Positions 23,421 to 32,289 of a stretch of 64,000 nt of DNA are shown here, piece after piece. How positions within the stretch are numbered: position 1 is the first letter of the stretch; the number at the start of each line of letters is the position of its first letter. The translations under genes were made by a program, and so were the position numbers. The stretch covers positions 2,790,001 to 2,854,000 of the forward strand of contig CATNEN010000005.1 of assembly GCA_950097015.1 (NCBI GenBank). Direction: 5' to 3'. The notes below the pieces were generated by a model. The model was not told where the DNA came from, did not search any database, and saw only the letters and a list, made by a program, of their open reading frames with translations. Origin of the DNA: Macrostomum hystrix (taxonomy: Eukaryota > Animalia > Platyhelminthes).

Positions 23421-24109
23421 AGTCTATTATTTGTCTCAAATATCTATACTCAAAGCTCTGTGGATCTGCTCAGTGAATGTCGACCTGTATTCCAACAGTC
23501 TCGTATTTATTTCTCAATCAATTAGCAGTGCGCCGTAGTCGGTGCCTGCCACAAGAAGAGGAAGTGAAGATTAAAAGTTTCTCTTTAAGGTCCTTTGGTG
23601 TTTGACTAAGAAGTACCTTTCTGGTGGCCCTATATATATATATATAATATATAATACTAATACTAATGCTGTATAAGCTCTTTTGTCTGTAGACCCTTCT
23701 GTGAAGTCTTAATTGTCATTTTAAAGCAGCTGGTTTTAGCCCGTCTAATTTGCGTGTGAGCACAGTTGTGTAAGCACACTTGTTTGAGCACAATTGTGTG
23801 ACTGAACGCTAAATTTTGAATATATAAAGCTAGAGTCCAGGTCTGACAACTACAAGTTTATCAAACCTTATTTAATTTCTTTTTTTTAGAATTAATTCCA
23901 TTACGGGTTTCTTGTGTCTATATATTAGTTTATAAACTCCTATTTTAATGAGCTTTCGGTACATAAATCGGTTCAGGTAGAAACTCTCTTAGGATATTGA
24001 AAAGTGACTTTTTTCCACGAAGTATGCAAAAATGGCCGAAAACTCCGGTGTTGCTACTTCAGTAGGCTGTCACGAAAAATAAACCTAAAATTAATTGTCG
24101 ATATGGTAT

Positions 24110-26622
24110 TATAGGTAGAGTGACAGCCAATCAAAGTTGAAAGTGTTGAGTAGAGTGACAGCTGATCAAAGTGGATGATGTTGAGTAGAGTGACAGCTGA
24201 TCAAAGTGGATGGTGTTGGGTAGAGTGACAGCTGATCAAAGTGGAGGATGTTGGGTAGAGTGACAGCTGATCAAAGTGGAGGATGTTGAGTAGAGTGACA
24301 GCTGATCAAAGTGGAGGATGTTGAGTAGAGTGACAGCTGATCAAAGTGGAGGATGTTGGGTAGAGTGACAGCTGATCAAAGTGGAGGATGTTGAGTAGAG
24401 TGACAGCTGATCAAAGTGGAGGATGTTGAGTAGAGTGACAGCTGATCAAAGTGGATGGTGTTGGGTAGAGTGACAGCTGATAAAAGTGGAGGATGGAGGA
24501 TGTTGGATAGGGTTACAGCTGATCAAAGTGGAGGATGTTGAGTAGAGTGACAGCTGATCAAAGTGGAGGATGTTGAGTAGAGTGACAGCTGATCAAAGTG
24601 GAGGATGTTGAGTAGAGTGACAGCTGATCAAAGTGGATGGTGTTTAGTAGAGTGACAGCTGATAAAAGTGGAGGATGGAGGATGTTGGATAGGGTTACAG
24701 CTGATCAAAGTGGAGGATGTTGAGTAGAGTGACAGCTGATCAAAGTGGAGGATGTTGAGTAGAGTGACAGCTGATCAAAGTGGAGGATGTTGGGTAGAGT
24801 GACAGCTGATCAAAGTGGAGGATGTTGAGTAGAGTGACAGCTGATCAAAGTGGATGGTGTTGGGTAGAGTGACAGCTGATCAAAGTGGATGGTGTTGGGT
24901 AGAGTGACAGCTGATCAAAGTGGATGGTGTTGGGTAGAGTGACAGCTGATCAAAGTGGAGGATGTTGAGTAGAGTGACAGCTGATCAAAGTGGATGGTGT
25001 TGGGTAGAGTGACAGCTGATCAAAGTGGAGGATGTTGAGTAGAGTGACAGCTGATCAAAGTGGAGGATGTTGAGTAGAGTGACAGCTGATCAAAGTGGAG
25101 GATGTTGAGTAGAGTGACAGCTGATCAAAGTGGATGGTGTTGGGTAGAGTGACAGTTGATCAAAGTGGATGGTGTTTAGTAGAGTGACAGCTGATAAAAG
25201 TGGAGGATGGAGGATGTTAGATAGGGTTACAGCTGATCAAAGTGGAGGATGTTGAGTAGAGTGACAGCTGATCAAAGTGGAGGATGTTGAGTAGAGTGAC
25301 AGCTGATCAAAGTGGAGGATGTTGAGTAGAGTGACAGCTGATCAAAGTGGATGGTGTTGGGTAGAGTGACAGCTGATCAAAGTGGATGGTGTTTAGTAGA
25401 GTGACAGCTGATCAAAGTGGATGGTGTTGGGTAGAGTGACAGCTGATCAAAGTGGATGGTGTTGGGTAGAGTGACAGCTGATCAAAGTGGATGGTGTTTA
25501 GTAGAGTGACAGCTGATCAAAGTGGATGGTGTTGGGTAGAGTGACAGCTGATCAAAGTGGATGGTGTTGGGTAGAGTGACAGCTGATCAAAGTGGATGGT
25601 GTTGGGTAGAGTGACAGCTGATCAAAGTGGATGGTGTTGGGTAGAGTGACAGCTGATCAAAGTGGAGGATGTTGAGTAGAGTGACAGCTGATCAAAGTGG
25701 ATGGTGTTGGGTAGAGTGACAGCTGATCAAAGTGGAGGATGTTGAGTAGAGTGACAGCTGATCAAAGTGGAGGATGTTGAGTAGAGTGACAGCTGATCAA
25801 AGTGGAGGATGTTGAGTAGAGTGACAGCTGATCAAAGTGGATGGTGTTGGGTAGAGTGACAGTTGATCAAAGTGGATGGTGTTTAGTAGAGTGACAGCTG
25901 ATAAAAGTGGAGGATGGAGGATGTTGGATAGGGTTACAGCTGATCAAAGTGGAGGATGTTGAGTAGAGTGACAGCTGATCAAAGTGGAGGATGTTGAGTA
26001 GAGTGACAGCTGATCAAAGTGGAGGATGTTGAGTAGAGTGACAGCTGATCAAAGTGGAGGATGTTGAGTAGAGTGACAGCTGATCAAAGTGGATGGTGTT
26101 GGGTGGAGTGACAGCTGATCAAAGTGGATGGTGTTGGGTAGAGTGACAGCTGATCAAAGTGGATGGTGTTGGGTAGAGTGACAGCTGATCAAAGTGGATG
26201 GTGTTGGGTAGAGTGACAGCTGATCAAAGTGGAGGATGTTGAGTAGAGTGACAGCTGATCAAAGTGGATGGTGTTGGGTAGAGTGACAGCTGATCAAAGT
26301 GGAGGATGTTGAGTAGAGTGACAGCTGATCAAAGTGGAGGATGTTGAGTAGAGTGACAGCTGATCAAAGTGGATGGTGTTTAGTAGAGTGACAGCTGATC
26401 AAAGTGGATGGTGTTGGTTAGAGTGACAGCTGATCAAAGTGGATGGTGTTTAGTAGAGTGACAGCTGATCAAAGTGGATGGTGTTGGGTAGAGTGACAGC
26501 TGATCAAAGTGGATGGTGTTGGGTAGAGTGACAGTTGATCAAAGTGGATGGTGTTTAGTAGAGTGACAGCTGATCAAAGTGGAGGATGGAGGATGTTGGA
26601 TAGGGTTACAGCTGATCAAAGT
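24110..26622. repeat. 35-bp satellite GTAGAGTGACAGCTGATCAAAGTGGAGGATGTTGA, ~70 copies, between the GT32 paralogs
   Basis: Read directly; each unit has overlapping palindromes CAGCTG and TGATCA. Confidence 0.97.
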
Positions 26623-27059
26623 GAGGATAAAGAGATAAAGATACAGAGCTCCCTTGTGAACAATGGAATGGTTATGCTTAACTTCCGAAGAAATCCTAAA
26701 AAGTCATGAGTTCTGTTTTCACTATTCTACCAGAAAAATGTAAATTCAATTTAACCCGTGTATATTTTGTATGCAAATAAAATAAAGGCAAAGTTAAGTA
26801 ATTTTGTTTAAAATATATTGATTGTGCGTTTTTTTTTAATATGAACTACAACTTGTAATTGCACAGTAAGGCAGATTAATAAGCTTGGATAAAAAATTTA
26901 CCGAAATCATGCTTCTGATCATTGGTAGTCAGTAAATCAATAGCCATCGTGAGAAGATAATATCACTAATTAAAAGGCCAATTACTTTCAATGGAGGAAA
27001 GTTGCTAGCCTGGTCGCTAATACCAGTGTTGCCATAGCAACCAGAGCGACAGTAGTCTG

Positions 27060-28247
27060 TTAAATCCTGCACCTGGAGATCGGCAGCAGGGAGGTGATGT
27101 TTCTAGAATTGGTGAGGTCCATCTTGTGTGTGTAGCTGAGGTGCATGTAGGCATGCGCAGTCAGTGTGCTCCTTGGAATTGGCGAATTCTTGAATTTCAA
27201 CAACGACAGTCTCTGACAGTGACGACGCTTCAGCTCCGTCAGTTTGGCTGGCGCGGCGCACAGCTTCTTCAACCGGTTGAACAGATTCGGCTCGTCGAAT
27301 CTCGGCTGGAACAGGTCCGGCTTCGTCAACAGAGTGTTCGACCAGTCTGTCGGCTGTTCGTTTGGCTTCAGCGCCGAGTACTTGTCGAAGAGCGCCTGCA
27401 GCATCACGGGCCCGGTGACGTAGACGGCATCGCCGTGTTTCCTGCTGGTCCTGTTGGCCCAGTTTGCTTCGAACCAATCTGGCCAAGCGTCAAGCACGTA
27501 GCTTAGGAAGCTGTGATTGGCCCGGCTGAAGGTGATGGCGTTCGAGATCAGCCTCGGCACATCAAAGATGAAAACGGCGTGCTCCACTGGCTCCTCCACC
27601 CAGATGGCCGAGCAGCAGCTTCTGTTTCTGTTAGAGTCGTTGCCTAGCAACAGTCGCGACGGTTTCAACAGCGCCGAAATGTCCTGCAGTAGCTCCACGT
27701 CTGTGTCAACGTACAAGCCGCCAACGTGATGCAGAACAGCCAGCCTACCAATGTCCGATCGTTCTAAACCATTGACCAGTTTTGCATAGCTGCGATAGAC
27801 CAAGGGATAATGCTTGCTTATTAGCCTGGAAATCTGCTTGTCATTCCAGTGCATAAACCTCCAGCCGGTTGGTGAGGTCTCCTTTCTGCCGCTCGACAGA
27901 CCTTCGGTGTCGTTCAACAGACGTCGCCAGGAAAGCACGCTGGACACCAGTTTGGCTGGAATCTGTCCATCCCTGCTGGTCCAATGCACCAGAGGCGGAA
28001 TCGAGCTCGGGTATCTCGTCTGTATCTGAGCGCATTTTCCTAGACTAGTTTGAGCATCTTCAGCGTCATCGTCCGGAAGACTGTCGCCAGGCGGTGGCAC
28101 AGTGGCGTTGATGCTTTCCAGTAGCCAGGAATCAGAGAACCGGCCAATCCTCGTGTTGACCCGTCGCCCAGTCTGCAGGCAGAGCAATAGAATTGAAACA
28201 ATGCCAATCAAACAAAATGTCGATGCCTGATTTGAAAGCTTGCGCAT
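27060..28247 (-). CDS. Intronless GT32-family DxD glycosyltransferase, paralog B (395 aa)
   Basis: N-terminal TM (FCLIGIVSILLLCL); the same motifs as paralog A, including 32 identical residues SYAKLVNGLERSDIGRLAVLHHVGGLYVDTDV. Confidence 0.88.
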   Translation of the reverse strand: MRKLSNQASTFCLIGIVSILLLCLQTGRRVNTRIGRFSDSWLLESINATVPPPGDSLPDDDAEDAQTSLGKCAQIQTRYPSSIPPLVHWTSRDGQIPAKLVSSVLSWRRLLNDTEGLSSGRKETSPTGWRFMHWNDKQISRLISKHYPLVYRSYAKLVNGLERSDIGRLAVLHHVGGLYVDTDVELLQDISALLKPSRLLLGNDSNRNRSCCSAIWVEEPVEHAVFIFDVPRLISNAITFSRANHSFLSYVLDAWPDWFEANWANRTSRKHGDAVYVTGPVMLQALFDKYSALKPNEQPTDWSNTLLTKPDLFQPRFDEPNLFNRLKKLCAAPAKLTELKRRHCQRLSLLKFKNSPIPRSTLTAHAYMHLSYTHKMDLTNSRNITSLLPISRCRI

Positions 28248-28431
28248 TGTTTAACTAGTGAATTTTTGGCACGTTTCAGTTGGTGAAAGGCGAAGGGAGG
28301 AATTGAGCACTCGAGTCGACGCAATGCATTGCTAAATATTTCCAGTTTATCCACCTCCATCTGCACGGGGGATGGGGATATAGACATTAGCCGACGCGGG
28401 GTTGGTCAGACAGACGGTCAGTCGCACCTCA

Positions 28432-28460
28432 GGGGCGGGGAGGGAAATTGTGAGTCCAAT
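28432..28460. promoter_or_regulatory. GC box (GGGGCGGGG) and CCAAT in a GC-rich island upstream of GT32 paralog B
   Basis: GGGGCGGGG 28432-28440 and CCAAT 28456-28460, about 190-210 nt before the ATG. Confidence 0.3.
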
Positions 28461-28934
28461 AGGCGTAGGGGATTGAGACGGTTCAAAAACCGAAAGCGTA
28501 CTCACAAACACACCCCGGTGCGAATCCCAGCCAACACCCATTCCCCATCCCAAATTTCCCACCCTCCCCACCGGTGAGGCTGGAAGCAAGTAGAGATGTT
28601 CAGCTAAAATGCTTCCGAATTCCGTACCCTGAGGCGGCTGTGCAAGGCCTATAAGCTGCTGTGCGTGAGAGTACATTTATAACACTGCAGTGCAGCTCGG
28701 CCTTGAGATTGTCCCACAGATAGAATTCTCTACTCAATCGTGTCAAGCATAGCGGGTAGATCCATGCGTCAATGATCTTTATCCGGTCCTGAATAACTCG
28801 AAAACAACATCTGCCCCGCCCAGAAATCCCCTTTGATTCCCTCAGGTATCGATTACTTGGCGATTCGCTGTTATTTCATGTGATTAAAGTTCCAACAAGC
28901 ACCTCGATGCATCTGAACTTATGACTCACCTGTT

Positions 28935-30270
28935 TAGATTTCGATTAGCTGCGATTCCATTCTAGATGCGTGCGATTCCAGTATAGCTGCGATTCCATTC
29001 TAGCTGCGATTCCATTCTTGATGCGTGCGATTCCAGTATAGCTGCGATTTCATTCTAGATGCGATTCCAGTATAGCTGCGATTCTATTCTAGCTGCGATT
29101 CCTTTCTAGCCTCGATTCCATTATACCAGCATAGCTGCGATTCCATTAAAGCTGCTATTCTATTCTAGCTACGATTCCATTCTAGATATGATTCCATTCT
29201 AGCTGCGATTCCTTTATAGCTCCGATTCAGTTCTAGATGCGATTCCGTTCTAGCTGTTGTTCCATTCAATCTACGATTCTATTCTAGCTGCGATTCCATT
29301 TTAGCTCGTAGATGCGATTCCAGTATAGATAAAATTCCATTTATATCTGCGATTCCATTCTAGCTACGATTCCGTTCTTGCTGCGATTCTCTTTTATCTT
29401 CGATTCAGCCACGATTCTGTTCTACCAGCGATTCCGTTCGAGCTACGATTCCGCTCTTGCTGCGATTCTCTTTTATCTTCGATTCAGCCACGATTCTGTT
29501 CTACCAGCGATTCCATTCTAGCTACGATTCCGTTCTTGCTGCGATTCTCTTTTATCTTCGATTCAGCCACGATTCTGTTCTACCAGCGATTCCATTCTAG
29601 CTACGATTCCGTTCTTGCTGCGATTCTCTTTTATCTTCGATTCAGCCACGATTCTGTTCTACCAGCGATTCCGTTCGAGCTACGATTCCGCTCTTGCTGC
29701 GATTCTCTTTTATCTTCGATTCAGCCACGATTCTGTTCTACCAGCGATTCCATTCTAGCTACGATTCCGTTCTTGCTGCGATTCTCTTTTATCTTCGATT
29801 CAGCCACGATTCTGTTCTACCAGCGATTCCATTCTAGCTACGATTCCGTTCTTGCTGCGATTCTCTTTTATCTTCGATTCAGCCACGATTCTGTTCTACC
29901 AGCGATTCCGTTCGAGCTACGATTCCGCTCTAGATGCGATTCCGATCGAGCTACGATTCCGCTCTAGCTACGATTCCGTTCTAGATGCGATTCCGTTCTA
30001 GCTGTGGTTCCTTTCTAGCCTCGATTCCACTATACCAGCATAGCTGCGATTCCATTAGAGCTGCGATTCTAATCTAGCTGCGATTCCATTCTAGCTGCGA
30101 TTCCATTCTAGCCGCGATTCCATTCTAGCCGCGATTCCATTCAAGCTGCGATTCCACGCTAGCTGCGATTCCATTCTAGCTGCGATTCCATTCTAGCTGC
30201 GATTCCATTCTAGCTACGATTCCATTCTAGCTGCGATTCCATTCTAGCTGCGATTCCATTTTATATGCAG
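28935..30270. repeat. 17-bp minisatellite TTCTAGCTGCGATTCCA with a central 79-bp higher-order repeat (~29380-29940)
   Basis: CTGCGATTCT at 29381, 29460, 29539 and onward; monomers 17+11+17+17+17. Confidence 0.93.
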
Positions 30271-30544
30271 TGTTTTTCAAGCCAATACATCAGAATTTAG
30301 TTTGGAATAGAAAAATTGAAGAAGTAGTTGGAAAAAATAAGTCTAATTTGCTTTTAATGAGTTTTAAATTTCTTTAATTACAGTAAATCATTCCCAAATA
30401 TGTACTCTCGAATATACTTATTTATTTAAATGTTTTTATAGAAGCTTTACAATTGCAGTATACAAAATAAATAGCTACTATTAATTAGATCATTAAAAAA
30501 TAGAGGAAATCAGAGTGAAAAAGTTAAAAAACTTAGACCCTTAC

Positions 30545-31475
30545 ACTGGGAATCTAGCTGGGAATCTAGCTGGAAAATCTAGATGAGAATCTAGCTGAGA
30601 ATCTAGCTGAGAATCTAGCTGGGAATCAAGCTGAGAATCTAGTTGGGAATCTAGCTGAGAATCTAGCTGAGAATCTAGCTGAGAATCTAGCTGAGAACCT
30701 AGCTGAGAATCTAGCTGAGAATCTAGCTGAGAATCTAGCTGAGAATCTAGCTGGGAATCTAGCTGGGAATCAAGCTGAGAATCTAGCTGGGAATCTAGCT
30801 GAGAATCTAGCTGAGAATCTAGCTGGGAATCAAGCTGGGAATCAAGCTGAGAATCTAGCTGAGAATCTAGCTGAGAACCTAGCTGGGAATCTAGCTGAGA
30901 ATCTAGCTGGGAATCTAGCTGGGAATCAAGCTGAGAATCTAGCTGGGAATCTAGCTGAGAATCTAGCTGAGAATCTAGCTGAGAATCTAGCTGAGAACCT
31001 AGCTGAGAATCTAGCTGAGAATCTAGCTGAGAATCTAGCTGGGAATCTAGCTGAGAACCTAGCTGAGAATCTAGCTGAGAACCTAGCTGGGAATCTAGCT
31101 GAGAATCTAGCTGGGAATCTAGCTGGGAATCAAGCTGAGAATCTAGCTGGGAATCTAGCTGGGAATCTAGCTGGGAATCAAGCTGAGAATCTAGCTGGGA
31201 ATCTAGCTGGGAATCTAGCTGGGAATCTAGCTGGGAATCAAGCTGAGAACCTAGCTGAGAATCTAGCTGAGAACCTAGCTGGGAATCTAGCTGAGAATCT
31301 AGCTGGGAATCTAGCTGGGAATCAAGCTGAGAATCTAGCTGGGAATCTAGCTGGGAATCTAGCTGGGAATCAAGCTGAGAATCTAGCTGGGAATCTAGCT
31401 GGGAATCTAGCTGGTAATCTAACTGGTAATCTAACTGGTAATCTAGCTGAGAATCTAGCTACGAATCTAGCTTAG
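30545..31475. repeat. 12-bp minisatellite GAATCTAGCTG(A/G), ~77 copies
   Basis: Read directly. Confidence 0.96.
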
Positions 31476-31580
31476 ACTTATTATCCAATACCCGTTAGCT
31501 ACGCGATTCTACAACATTACTCAAAAGAGTCTTATCTTGAATAAGAAATATGTCTGTTCTATACCAGTTAAGCTTCAATT

Positions 31581-31901
31581 TCAACTAAAAGCTTTATTAT
31601 CGTAAGCTGTTGCCTTTTTGTCTGTAGTAAAATTCGCAGCAGCAGCATCACCAGGAGAAGCAGGTATCCTGGATTCCGGATAATTACCAGACGGTGTTTC
31701 AGGGGCGCCGCTTTTTCGACGACGCACGACAACCAGACAGACAACCAACGATGTGATGAGCAAAGTGAGCAGCAGGGTACCCATCAGCAGTAGCACGGCA
31801 ATCAGTAGACTGCCTTCTTTATCACTATCGGAGCCTTGAGCGTTGCCGGGTTGGTCTGGGTAAGTTGAGTCGCAGCCTAGCCAGGACTGATTACTGCCCA
31901 T
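31581..31901 (-). CDS. Small single-pass membrane protein (106 aa from MGSNQS; may be the terminal exon of a larger gene)
   Basis: Non-repetitive ORF with a long hydrophobic segment (LLIAVLLLMGTLLLTLLITSLVVCLVVV) followed by RRRK; tail ends YDNKAFS; acceptor-like CTGTCCGCAG 4 nt before the ATG. Confidence 0.6.
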   Translation of the reverse strand: MGSNQSWLGCDSTYPDQPGNAQGSDSDKEGSLLIAVLLLMGTLLLTLLITSLVVCLVVVRRRKSGAPETPSGNYPESRIPASPGDAAAANFTTDKKATAYDNKAFS

Positions 31902-32289
31902 TGTGCTGCGGACAGTAGCTTCTTCTTCTTCTTCTGTATTCTGTAGGATCTGTTTTCTGTGCAACCGCCTTATTCTTAAATATATGCACATGTATTTATT
32001 GATCGTGGCTTCTTGAATTGTCTAAATCATACTTTCATTCTCCCCTATACATATATAACTTTTATATCAATATATTGATTGATATTCTTCGGTATTTCTC
32101 TATCCTATGCATGTATTAACGCATGAACATATACATATTTACGAGTATATCATTTAGTTGCTACCCAACTGTTCATGTAAATTATTGACAGACAAATAGC
32201 TTATGCTCATGGCCCGGAAAAACTACAATTTCGCAAAATAGTAGCAATTTTTATAGTTTAATTACTGATCAAAACGAATAACTGAAGTT

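Noticed and set aside
5600-26622. G-rich strand of the arrays tracking gene orientation
   Set aside because: The 24110-26622 array is G-rich on + although the flanking genes are on -, so the pattern is inconsistent
28329-28676. ORFs and partial G-rich/C-rich inverted complementarity upstream of GT32-B
   Set aside because: No recognisable protein, and the pairing is imperfect and explained by low-complexity G/C runs; more likely promoter DNA
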